Of a stretch of 64,000 nucleotides of DNA, positions 25,877-34,499 are shown in pieces (position 1 is the stretch's first letter; every line of letters begins with the position of its first letter). A model generated the notes under the pieces. It was not told the DNA's origin. It was given only the letters and a program-made list of their open reading frames with translations, and did not search any database. The stretch is from positions 28,027 to 92,026 of the IMG/VR virus record IMGVR_UViG_3300046740_000431; one strand, given 5' to 3'. Made by a program: the position numbers and the translations under genes. Origin of the DNA: a virus.

Positions 25877-26638
25877 TCAACGCGTACCGGTCGACCCGAG
25901 CCCGCCGGCGCCGCGCTCGGTCGGCGTCAGGTCCGCGACGTCGACTACCTCGAGCTCGGGCAGCGCGATGCGCTGAAACACCATCTGGGCGACCCGATCG
26001 CCGATGGACACGTGGATCGCGTGCCCGCCGACGTTGGCCGCGATCACCCAGCACTCCCCGCGGTAGTCGCTGTCGATCGTGGCAAGATGCACCCACAAGC
26101 CACGCGTGGCCAGGCCTGACCGCGGGCGGATGTGCGCTTCCATCCCGAGCGGGATCTCCAGGTGCAGCCCGGTCCTGATCTTCACGATCTGGCCTACCGC
26201 GACGAGGCATCCCTCGATGGCTCGCACGTCGTACCCGGACGCCCCCGAGCTCGCGCGCTTCGGCATGACGGCGCCGTCCGCGAGCGAGATCCGAATGCTG
26301 TCCGCGGTCGGCGGCGCCTGGCGCTGGTAGCGCTTGATGCGCTCGGAGAGCTGCCCGGCGAGCTCGTCGGCGATGGCCAGGTGGTCGGCGCCGACCGAGT
26401 CGACCTCGAAGCGAGCGCCGATCGTCGGGCACGCCCACAGCGGGCGATCGACCATCGCCGCGCTCGCGAAGACCACGACGTGCGTGGGCCCGGCGGTCTG
26501 CAGCGGCAACGCCGACAGGTTCCCGGCGTACCAGCCGTCCGGGATGTTGCCGTTGACGCCGGCCACGATGTGCGGCCCGCACGAGCCGTTGATCTCGGCG
26601 ACCAGCTTGCTTACGGGGTCTCGGCGGTCCGTGCTCAT
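25877..26638 (-). CDS. dut: trimeric dUTPase with N-terminal extension
   Basis: All five motifs: ASGYDV, PRSG, TIDSDYRG, GDRVAQ, RGAGGLGSTG; GGAGG RBS before MSTDRR. Confidence 0.92.
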   Translation of the reverse strand: MSTDRRDPVSKLVAEINGSCGPHIVAGVNGNIPDGWYAGNLSALPLQTAGPTHVVVFASAAMVDRPLWACPTIGARFEVDSVGADHLAIADELAGQLSERIKRYQRQAPPTADSIRISLADGAVMPKRASSGASGYDVRAIEGCLVAVGQIVKIRTGLHLEIPLGMEAHIRPRSGLATRGLWVHLATIDSDYRGECWVIAANVGGHAIHVSIGDRVAQMVFQRIALPELEVVDVADLTPTERGAGGLGSTGTR

Positions 26639-26901
26639 CTCATCCTCCTTGCTTGTTCGTCCGCGTTCGGCAGCGCCAGGTATTGGAATCCGCCGATGTA
26701 GTGAGCGTCCCAGGCATCGCGCTGGCACCACACCGGCGACCTCGGCCTGCCTGACCATGTCCGCGGCCGCTGCGAAGCGTGCGCCTTGGCCGCCGGAGAT
26801 CTTGCAGCTGGGCGCGTCCTGACGGCGGCCCGTACCCGAACGCCTTCGACCACGATCTGGACGCTGGTCCCGTCGGGCATGAACATGATCACGCGCCTCA
26901 T
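26635..26901 (-). CDS. hypothetical protein
   Basis: Coupled ATGA overlaps. Confidence 0.35.
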   Translation of the reverse strand: MRRVIMFMPDGTSVQIVVEGVRVRAAVRTRPAARSPAAKAHASQRPRTWSGRPRSPVWCQRDAWDAHYIGGFQYLALPNADEQARRMR

Positions 26902-27200
26902 CGCTGGCACCACACGCTGTGCGCGGAGACGTGCGGCGTCGCTCCACCGGTACAGTAGATGCGTCCGACCAGCACGCGCTCGTCGAACGGCGTGGTGTCC
27001 GGGTGGCCGTGCGTCCCATCCGCCTCCGGGCTACCGCCCGGCGCCGGGCGCATCGCGAACTCGCCGGCCGGGCGGACCTCGCCGGCTCCGACGCCGTCCA
27101 TGTACCAGCCGGGCGCCGTGTGCCACGCCACCGGGCGCGCAGCCAAGCACCACAGCTGCAGCGCGATGCTCGCGATCAGGCAGGCGACCTCGGTCAGCAC
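26898..27200 (-). CDS. hypothetical protein with signal-peptide-like N-terminus
   Basis: Hydrophobic start VLTEVACLIASIALQLWCLAA. Confidence 0.35.
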   Translation of the reverse strand: MLTEVACLIASIALQLWCLAARPVAWHTAPGWYMDGVGAGEVRPAGEFAMRPAPGGSPEADGTHGHPDTTPFDERVLVGRIYCTGGATPHVSAHSVWCQR

Positions 27201-27714
27201 GCCTTCCCCCACCGCGACCTCGTCGAGCACACGGCGCACGACGTCCAGCCGATCGCGTGCCTGCAGACCCAGTCCTCGCCGGGGAAGAGATCGCGCCACG
27301 CCTTCCACACCGGAGACGCCGTCATGTCGAAGGCCAGCGCGGCGGCGTCGAGGCTGCAACGCACCAGCTTGGCGTACCGGGCGGCGCAGCGCGACTTCGT
27401 GGTGATGTGCCAGCCGAGCTCGCGGAATTCTCGACGGTTGAGCACCAGCGTCCCGTGCCCGGACCGCGCCGATCGCCCGCCGTCTCGTCTTTCTCGCGCC
27501 GCCGGTGAGCTGCTCGCGCCGCGCCGGATGACCAAGCGCCAGGTCGCCGACCTCGTGCACCGGGTTCGCCACGGCGCGACGTTGCCGGCTCCCAGGTCAG
27601 CGCCTTGTGCGGTCGCTCCTTGCCGGACGTGTCCGCCCCCTACTGAAGCTTGCGCGTGGGGCCTGGTTTGTCTTCTACCTGGCTCCCCGCCGTCTCGAAA
27701 CTTGATTGCGGCCG

Positions 27715-28104
27715 TCACGCCTCGCCTCGGATCTCTCGGAGCTTGACCTCGAGCTTGGCGCGATGCTCGTAAGCTTCGGCGATCCGCTCCTCGATGGTCG
27801 CTCGAGCGGTCTCCAGCCGGACGATGTCAGCGCTGATTGCGTCGCGCGCCTCACGAACCGCCGCCGCCTCGGAGATGTTCTCCTCTGACCTGCCCGGCGC
27901 CGGCCGCGCCATCGAGACCGCATCGGTGATCCGCGGCACGAGCGAGCTGGACTTCGCCTTGGTCAGGACGTGGCCGACGGCGGCGTGCGAGGTCCCGGCC
28001 GCTCGCGCGACGTCGGCGATCGAGAGGCCGGCGTCCTTCATCCTCGCGATGACGCTCGAGCGCCACTCCTCGGTGACCGGGTGATCGGAGATCGCGTGGA
28101 TCAC
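27715..28104 (-). CDS. XRE-family HTH regulator
   Basis: GLSIADVARAAGTSHAAVGHVL plus C-terminal coiled coil. Confidence 0.75.
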   Translation of the reverse strand: MIHAISDHPVTEEWRSSVIARMKDAGLSIADVARAAGTSHAAVGHVLTKAKSSSLVPRITDAVSMARPAPGRSEENISEAAAVREARDAISADIVRLETARATIEERIAEAYEHRAKLEVKLREIRGEA

Positions 28105-28640
28105 GTTGACCTCGCCGTGAACGTGTACGCGTGGACCATCGGGTTGTTCTCGACCTGGTCAGGCCATCGGTGAATCGTGTCCCACGCGGCAAGGTAGGAC
28201 GCCTGCGGGTCCTCGTGGGAGACGCCCGCGAGGTGAGCGCAGCGGAAGATCTCGGCGCCGTCGAGCTGGCCGTCGATGACCTCGATGCCCTCAGCCCACG
28301 CGTCGGACGCGGTGATCTCGCGGAGCCGCTGGGTGCGGACCTCGGCGATCGTGATGTGGTACCGCGCCGCCCACCCCGGCATGAACAGCGGGATACGCCA
28401 CTTCCGCTGCGTCGGATCGGCCGTCCCGTCGTCCTGGTCCTGTCGGTAGAGCACGGCGCCGCGCTCCTCTTGGTACAGGTACTCGTTGCCGCCGACGTAG
28501 TCCCACGCCTCCTTCGCGTAAAGCGTCTCGCCTACCTTGTAGCGCGGAGACGCGCCGTTCTTGGCCACTCGCCTGGTCTGCGTCTTCACCCGGCGCTTGA
28601 GCCCGAGGATCGACTCGGCCGTGAAGATGATGCCCTTCAC
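28101..28640 (-). CDS. ASCH/PUA-like phage protein
   Basis: KTQTRR, GETLYAKEAW, W..PLFMP..AAR....I..VR.QRL..IT..DA.AEG, NP.V. Confidence 0.78.
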   Translation of the reverse strand: MKGIIFTAESILGLKRRVKTQTRRVAKNGASPRYKVGETLYAKEAWDYVGGNEYLYQEERGAVLYRQDQDDGTADPTQRKWRIPLFMPGWAARYHITIAEVRTQRLREITASDAWAEGIEVIDGQLDGAEIFRCAHLAGVSHEDPQASYLAAWDTIHRWPDQVENNPMVHAYTFTARST

Positions 28641-28924
28641 GGCAACCCCATGGCGTCGGCGATCAGGTTGCCGAGGAGAGCACGGCTGTAGCGATCAGCG
28701 ATCGTCGTGACCGCCGGCCGCGTAGAGCACCCGGCGCATGTCTCAGGCGCGGCGCAGACGGCGGTTGCCTGCGCGCCGGTGGTCGCGGCGACGTGGCGGA
28801 CGATCTCGTCCACGAACAGCTGGCGCTTGAGCTTCCTCCGCGGTCTCGAGATCGCGCGCTTCTCGCGCTGCTCGCGGAGCGCGATGGCCCGAGCGGCGGT
28901 CTCCTTGCTGGTGGACCGGCGCAT
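28637..28924 (-). CDS. hypothetical protein
   Basis: Coupled at both ends. Confidence 0.45.
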   Translation of the reverse strand: MRRSTSKETAARAIALREQREKRAISRPRRKLKRQLFVDEIVRHVAATTGAQATAVCAAPETCAGCSTRPAVTTIADRYSRALLGNLIADAMGLP

Positions 28925-29436
28925 CAGATCCGCACCTGCGCGGCGACAGCGAGCTCGACATCAGGCGGCAACGTCCAGAAGCCGAGCGCGCCGCGGCACG
29001 GCACCGGCTTGGCCAGCGCGCGGACGTCGCGCAGTACGTAGCCGACTGGGCCGAAGAACCACCGGCGCTGCTCGCCGAGGTGGCGATCGATCTCGTTTGC
29101 GAGCAGACCGGTCGAGTCGAACACGATGCTGTCGATCGTGGCGACCGCGATCACCGCGCTGGTGATGCGGGACAGCCGGTACCACCGTTGCCACTCGGTC
29201 TGCTCTGGATCTCCCCATCCATGAAACATCCGGTTCGCCTCGGTGGGGCCATCGGAGACGCCGACGATCTCCTTGATGCGATCGTAGACCGACTCGTCGA
29301 TCTCGCGGCTCGCGTGGATCGCGAACGGCTTCCCGAAGTCGACCGCATTGATCATTTTACGCGGGCGGTTCTCGACCAGCTTCACCGAAGAGGCCACCAA
29401 GCCGGCCCATGGTTGCGTTAGCGTCAGCGCCCTCAT
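28924..29436 (-). CDS. ASCH domain protein
   Basis: MRALTLTQPWA.LV....KLVENR, AIHAS, WFFGP.GYVL, CRGALGFW. Confidence 0.88.
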   Translation of the reverse strand: MRALTLTQPWAGLVASSVKLVENRPRKMINAVDFGKPFAIHASREIDESVYDRIKEIVGVSDGPTEANRMFHGWGDPEQTEWQRWYRLSRITSAVIAVATIDSIVFDSTGLLANEIDRHLGEQRRWFFGPVGYVLRDVRALAKPVPCRGALGFWTLPPDVELAVAAQVRI

Positions 29437-30098
29437 CGCGAGCTCTCCTGAAGATATTTGATTGCCGAGCGCAAGTGTACGACGTCGTCTCGGAATACTC
29501 CGATTCCGGTGTTGCACCGGTAGCATAGGAGACCGCGAACGATGCCGGTGACGTGATCGTGATCCACGTGAAACCGACGCGGTGACTCGGTGGATAGGAG
29601 TCGGCAGATCGCGCACCGACCTCCCTGATTGACGAGCATCTCGTCGTATCGCTCGATGGTGAGTCCGAATTTCTTACGAAGGTGATGTCCCCAGCGCTGT
29701 CGATCCCACTCCTTGGGGTGCTGGGCAGCCCACGCCTTCGACTTCGCGGTCACGCACCTCTTGCAGATGTTTCCAGCTTCCTTGCCAGCGCTCATTTCGC
29801 CAGGAAGCTTGACATCGCAGCACACGCGGCATGTCGTGCGTGCCGCTTCGCGTAGAGGATTCAGGTGATCCGACCGGTAAGCGACGCGCGCGGCTCGCTT
29901 GGTATCCGCCGGCTCACTTCGCACCCATCCACAGGAACAAGCTACACGCAGACCGCCTGGTGGCGCACGGCGTGAAACAGTGAACTCACCGATCGACGTG
30001 TACGACATCGCGTGACCAGCTAGCACGACCGGACCAAGCGGCTTGATGCCGCTTGCCACGATCCCGGCCCACGGCTGGGTCAGCGTGAGCGCGCGCAT
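29433..30098 (-). CDS. endonuclease VII-family (His-Me finger) putative homing endonuclease, in frame with an ASCH 5' fragment
   Basis: YDEML..QGGRCAIC, HVDHDH.TG.VRGLLC..CNTGIG, AIKYL; visibly lower GC; alternative start at ATG 30008. Confidence 0.9.
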   Translation of the reverse strand: MRALTLTQPWAGIVASGIKPLGPVVLAGHAMSYTSIGEFTVSRRAPPGGLRVACSCGWVRSEPADTKRAARVAYRSDHLNPLREAARTTCRVCCDVKLPGEMSAGKEAGNICKRCVTAKSKAWAAQHPKEWDRQRWGHHLRKKFGLTIERYDEMLVNQGGRCAICRLLSTESPRRFHVDHDHVTGIVRGLLCYRCNTGIGVFRDDVVHLRSAIKYLQESSR

Positions 30099-30505
30099 CA
30101 CGCAGCCTCTGGAAGTCGGTAGGTCCCAGGGGCGCCGGGCTCCATCAGGCGAGCCAGGCTACGGAGCGCGCATACCGTGGTGTGCGGCCTGAGCTGCGCC
30201 GTGTAGTCGTGCAGCCAGATCGCGCCGTTCACGAGCATGACGCGGCAGAACAGGCAGAAGACGTCGACGCGTTCCGGGGTCCCGACGATCCGTGCGGTGT
30301 CCGGGTTTCCGTCGTAGAACAGCCACGCCGAAGATGCCGGGCAGCCGCGGTGCTTGAACCTGTAGTCCTGCAGCGCGAGCGCAACCAAATCCATGATCTC
30401 GGCGTCGCGCGGGTTGGCGCGCCCGCTGGATACCAGGTCGAGCGCGGTGATCGCGTGCGGTCGAGCGCGCTCGATCGCACCCTGCCTTGTTCGCGCGCCC
30501 TTCAC
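30098..30505 (-). CDS. hypothetical protein
   Basis: Coupled at both ends. Confidence 0.5.
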   Translation of the reverse strand: MKGARTRQGAIERARPHAITALDLVSSGRANPRDAEIMDLVALALQDYRFKHRGCPASSAWLFYDGNPDTARIVGTPERVDVFCLFCRVMLVNGAIWLHDYTAQLRPHTTVCALRSLARLMEPGAPGTYRLPEAA

Positions 30506-31569
30506 GCTTCCACCTCTGGGAACTCGAGGTGCTGGACGCCGTCGAGGTACGGCATCTCCACGACGCCGCCAGGCTTCCTCTTGGACCCGCTGCCGACCAG
30601 CACCGTGCATAGACCACCGCTGTCGTCTGACCGCGATCCCTCTTCGGTCATCTGCTTCAGGAAGAACGCGGTGCCCGTATGCTTACACTGGTTTCGTAGC
30701 CACCTGACCCACAGCGAATCGAGCGGCCTCGCCGCTGCGCCGCTCTCGCACCCGACAATGACCCAGCCGATCCCGTCAGGGTGTAGCCAGTGCCCGTAGG
30801 AGCGTTCGGCATCGCACTCGACGCACCACGGCGTCGCGCCATCGTCGGCAACGCACCATTCGGCTGGTCCGTGGTTCCGGTCGTCGCAGCGCGGCAGGTC
30901 GAGATCGACCTCGCCGAGCAGCGGCTCACAGCTCAGGAACCGAACTGCGGCCGGCGTCGCGAGAAGGTCTGGGATGCGCTCCTCGGCGGCGTCCTGGTTC
31001 TCAACCGAGACGCCGAGCCATACGTTAGGCAGCGGCCACCCGTTGTCGAGGCCACGACTTGGGATTGAGTCCACGACACCGTCGAGTGCATATAGTGCGG
31101 CGTTCTCGATTAGCTCTCTCGGTGGCAAAGCCGGCCTCGCAAGCAGAGCGCGCCCGGTCGGGTTCGCCCACGCGAACCACTCGCGCATCCGCTTCGGGCG
31201 CTTCGTGAGCACCTGGAAGGTGTGCTGCGGACAGGCCGCCATGACCCCGAATACGGCGGCGATCTGCTCGTTCGTGAACGCGTCGAAGAACAGGTCGCTC
31301 ATCGAGTCGACGAAGATTTTGCGCGGTGCCCGCCATCGCAGCGGCATAGCTAGCGCGTCGGTGTCAAACAGCCCCTCTCCGGTCCAACACGGGTCGCCGC
31401 CTGGCCCGAGCTTCACTAGGCTGTCGTACTTCGTGGGTTTGCCCTTGGCCATGCGCACGATCCGAGCGGCCTGGTGCTTCGCGTAGCAGTTGCGACACCC
31501 AGGCGAGACCTGCGCGCACCCCTTCGTAGGGTTCCACGTCTCGCCGGTCCAGGAGATCTTCGTCGGCAT
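30502..31569 (-). CDS. DUF5131 (phage Gp37/Gp68) radical-SAM-like protein
   Basis: ISWT..TWNP..GC..VSPGC.NCYA, SMSDLF, FQVLTKRP, NVWLGVSVENQ, FLSCEPLL, WVIVG.ESG. Confidence 0.92.
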   Translation of the reverse strand: MPTKISWTGETWNPTKGCAQVSPGCRNCYAKHQAARIVRMAKGKPTKYDSLVKLGPGGDPCWTGEGLFDTDALAMPLRWRAPRKIFVDSMSDLFFDAFTNEQIAAVFGVMAACPQHTFQVLTKRPKRMREWFAWANPTGRALLARPALPPRELIENAALYALDGVVDSIPSRGLDNGWPLPNVWLGVSVENQDAAEERIPDLLATPAAVRFLSCEPLLGEVDLDLPRCDDRNHGPAEWCVADDGATPWCVECDAERSYGHWLHPDGIGWVIVGCESGAAARPLDSLWVRWLRNQCKHTGTAFFLKQMTEEGSRSDDSGGLCTVLVGSGSKRKPGGVVEMPYLDGVQHLEFPEVEA

Positions 31570-31900
31570 CAGTCCTGCTCCCTGACTACCTGCCTGCAGC
31601 AGTCGCACCTTTGCTCAACTCCGATGGTAGCTACCGTTCTTTCGTCGAAAAGAACCACCAACCGAACCGACCGGATCCAGAGATCCGGATCGGGATCCGG
31701 CGGCGAGAACTCGACGATCACGCGCCTGGGGTCGTCCCAGAACTCGGTGTCACCGATCGTCACGAGCGACTTCGGATCTTGGCGGTATCGATCACTCGCG
31801 ATCGACATGGCGACGTCGAGCGACGGGATTCCGCGCATGGTCGCGCTGTATCCGTCGTGCAAGTAGAAGGTCTGGAACCTGATCATCAGTCCTGCTCCCT
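31567..31900. repeat. 17-bp direct repeat flanking one gene
   Basis: CATCAGTCCTGCTCCCT at 31567-31583 and 31884-31900. Confidence 0.9.
31569..31886 (-). CDS. hypothetical protein (candidate inserted gene)
   Basis: 105 aa between the direct repeats, TGATG-coupled on both sides. Confidence 0.55.
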   Translation of the reverse strand: MIRFQTFYLHDGYSATMRGIPSLDVAMSIASDRYRQDPKSLVTIGDTEFWDDPRRVIVEFSPPDPDPDLWIRSVRLVVLFDERTVATIGVEQRCDCCRQVVREQD

Positions 31901-32881
31901 CAGGTCTCGGATCGACAGTCCGTAACCGGCCAGTCCCTCGTTGAACTTCCGCATCGCCATCGACTCGACCTGCCGAACTCGCTCGCGCGAGACGAACATC
32001 TTCTGGGCGATCTCCTCGAGCAACGCCTCGTGATCGTTCGCGGCGCGAGCCCCGTCGAGACGCGCGATCTCGTCGATCAGGCACGACGGCACGGCCTTCT
32101 CGGGGTCGTCTGTCGGCGAGTCGAACCACCGCTCGATGGCGTCCTCTGCCTCGTCGAGGAACTTGGTATCGAGGGCGCCCTCCTTACGCGGCCCAGCCAG
32201 CTCGAGGGTGTCTGGGATCTTGCGATAGACCTGAGTGTACGTGCTCGGCACCGGGCGAGCTGACGCCACGATCGCGGCCGCGCGCTCGCGGGCACCCGCG
32301 AGCATCTTGTCGACGCGCGTCTTGACGGCGGCGCACCGCGTCGCGTGGCGTTCGGTTGCTTCCGGCGTGGCGGCGCCTCGCTTGGGCGCCTGCTTCGCGA
32401 GGGCGGCCCGGATCTCCGATGCTCTCCTCTGGGAGGCGGCCACCACGGACGCGGCGCTGGCCTTCGCCCTGGCTACACGCCGCTCGGCCGCCCGCTCGGC
32501 CCTGGCGCGAGCTGCCGGTGACCGCTCGTCCATGTCCCGCTCCCACGCCGTGGCGATCTCGCGAGCTCGCTCCGCGCTCCCCAGCGGGCCGAGCGCGTAG
32601 ATCAGCTGGCGGCCGTCACCTCCGCGCGCCGGCGGCAGCCGGACCTCGACGTACCACACCGCCGTGTGATCGAACTCGTGCTTATCGGCGACGGTGCGCT
32701 CGGCCCCGGCGTAGCGCTTCGATGGCGCGTTGATCACCACCGAGCCGTCGTCGAGCACGTCGAGCAGGAGGTTGAACCGACACGACATCCACGGGCACGG
32801 GCGCGGCCCGGTGCGGCAGTCGCCCACGGTCTCCGGTCGCTTCAGATCGATCACGGGAAGATGCACGGCGTTCCTCACCAT
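31886..32881 (-). CDS. Cys-motif protein with C-terminal sigma70 region-4 HTH (candidate late regulator)
   Basis: N-terminal RP....DC..GPRPCPWMSC...L.LDV; C-terminal LEEIAQKMFVSRERVRQVESMAMRKF. Confidence 0.8.
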   Translation of the reverse strand: MVRNAVHLPVIDLKRPETVGDCRTGPRPCPWMSCRFNLLLDVLDDGSVVINAPSKRYAGAERTVADKHEFDHTAVWYVEVRLPPARGGDGRQLIYALGPLGSAERAREIATAWERDMDERSPAARARAERAAERRVARAKASAASVVAASQRRASEIRAALAKQAPKRGAATPEATERHATRCAAVKTRVDKMLAGARERAAAIVASARPVPSTYTQVYRKIPDTLELAGPRKEGALDTKFLDEAEDAIERWFDSPTDDPEKAVPSCLIDEIARLDGARAANDHEALLEEIAQKMFVSRERVRQVESMAMRKFNEGLAGYGLSIRDLREQD

Positions 32882-32883
32882 GG

Positions 32884-33510
32884 CTACAGCAGCGCCTCCT
32901 GCGCGGACGGCCTGGGCGGAGACCAGACCCCGAGGCCGAGCATCGTCTCGAGCACCCACGCCTCGTGGGCGTGGACCTGGCGGGCGTGGATGACCACCCC
33001 AGTCCACCCCTTCTGGGCAGCGTAGACCTTCGAGATCTTGGTGACCGTGAACTGAGAATCGTCCTCTGCGAGCGCTCCGGTGAGCCCGTCCGCGACGGCG
33101 CGGGCGATCTTGTCGTCGTCCGGCTTCACCGTGGGGAACAGCATCCGCTTGCCGTCGGCGGACAGATCGCCGCCAGTGGTCCAGTGTCCGCCCGGCCTCG
33201 CCAGCACGAACACCATCGCGAGCGATACGGCGCCAGGACGAGCGACCAGTCGCTGCGCGGCGGCGTTACGCGCGCTGATCGACCTGACGCGGATCAGCGC
33301 CTGCCACGCCTCGAGCTCCTTGCCGCCCTGGTCGGTCACGGAGACCCCGACGATGGTTCCGCCGAAGCACGAGCGTCCGCGGCACGACTTCCCTGGCTTG
33401 CAGTCGCTGCACTTGCCGCGTGCGATCGGAAACCCGGACATGTTGCCCTTGGCGACCGGGGTGCCCTCGACCACGAACCGGACGTCGAGCATGGACGGAG
33501 GCGTCGTCAC
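32884..33510 (-). CDS. rusA: RusA-family Holliday junction resolvase
   Basis: G.PV.KG, KPDDDKIARAVADGL, DDSQ....K.YA. Confidence 0.85.
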   Translation of the reverse strand: MTTPPSMLDVRFVVEGTPVAKGNMSGFPIARGKCSDCKPGKSCRGRSCFGGTIVGVSVTDQGGKELEAWQALIRVRSISARNAAAQRLVARPGAVSLAMVFVLARPGGHWTTGGDLSADGKRMLFPTVKPDDDKIARAVADGLTGALAEDDSQFTVTKISKVYAAQKGWTGVVIHARQVHAHEAWVLETMLGLGVWSPPRPSAQEALL

Positions 33511-33839
33511 GAGACGGCAACGCCTCCATCGTCATCGTCATTCGTAGTCGATGATTCGGACGCCGCCGCGCTCTTGTCGCGCTCGACGCAGACGGTCGGC
33601 TTGTCCTTGATGCGGGCCTGGCGCGGCTTCCCGTCGGAGTCCACGTACTTGTGAACGGTCAGGCCGACCGACTGCATCGCGGTCAGGAGGGCGGTCTGAG
33701 CGTTTCGCTTCCGCTCGTTGAGCGTGGCGATCTCTCCGGTGATCGCCCGCAGATCCTCGGCTGGTTCCTCGATATCCGGCCGCTCTACGCGGCTCATCCC
33801 CGGCGCCGGCAGATCCTCTTGCTTCTTCGGTCTTCCCAT
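33507..33839 (-). CDS. hypothetical protein
   Basis: AGGAG RBS; coiled coil. Confidence 0.6.
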   Translation of the reverse strand: MGRPKKQEDLPAPGMSRVERPDIEEPAEDLRAITGEIATLNERKRNAQTALLTAMQSVGLTVHKYVDSDGKPRQARIKDKPTVCVERDKSAAASESSTTNDDDDGGVAVS

Positions 33840-33848
33840 GTCGATCTC

Positions 33849-34499
33849 CTACTTCGGTGGCAGCTGATTTCCGACGGCATCCCACCCAGGGCGACGTCGA
33901 CGAGCGAACAGCTCGAGGTTTGGACCGTCCATGCCGACGAGCGGGTGGACGATCTTCGAGAAGAACTCCGGCGGCTTCGCGCTATGGACGTAGTCGCCGG
34001 CCTTGATGCGCCGAACGCGGCCGCGCGAATCGGTGGCTGGGTTGCCTTCTTCGTCGAGAAGGACGCGGCCGATCTCCAGATCTCCGACCTGGTACGTCGG
34101 GACGGCAGCCGGGAACGTGGACCTGACGGCGTTGCTCTGGATCAGGTCAGACGCTGAGCCGCGCACGCAGATCAACGCCGTCTCGTGGGAGCCTCGAACG
34201 GTTCTACCCATCCCGAACCACGGCAGCCCGTTCTTGGTGATCTTGTTCCAGACCACCTCTGAGAGGTCCCGGAACCCCCATGCCCTGGCGACGTCGAGCG
34301 CGTCGCGCTGCATCGAGGAGAGTCGCCACAGGAACAGGATCGCCGTGCTGGCGACCTGGACTTCGAGCGTCGAGAGGTACGCCTCGATCGCCGTGGTCGT
34401 CATCACCGGGTACTGGTGAGCCGCTCCGCGCGTGTCGCCGGGCAACTTGTCCTTCGGGGCCCATGGAGGGTCGGCGACGATGACGCGATACGGCTTCAT
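33849..34499 (-). CDS. MT-A70-family N6-adenine methyltransferase
   Basis: IVADPPW, LFLW, AWGF, W.K, HSAKP, LELFAR..RPGWD..GNQ. Confidence 0.92.
   Translation of the reverse strand: MKPYRVIVADPPWAPKDKLPGDTRGAAHQYPVMTTTAIEAYLSTLEVQVASTAILFLWRLSSMQRDALDVARAWGFRDLSEVVWNKITKNGLPWFGMGRTVRGSHETALICVRGSASDLIQSNAVRSTFPAAVPTYQVGDLEIGRVLLDEEGNPATDSRGRVRRIKAGDYVHSAKPPEFFSKIVHPLVGMDGPNLELFARRRRPGWDAVGNQLPPK

Noticed and set aside
27194-27718. Possible CDS between the 26898 gene and the XRE gene
   Set aside because: Several overlapping frames with no clear start or motif; cannot choose one
29433-30098. Group I intron or intein carrying the EndoVII
   Set aside because: The ORF fills the insert, leaving no room for a ribozyme core; no intein termini; the duplicated start makes splicing unnecessary
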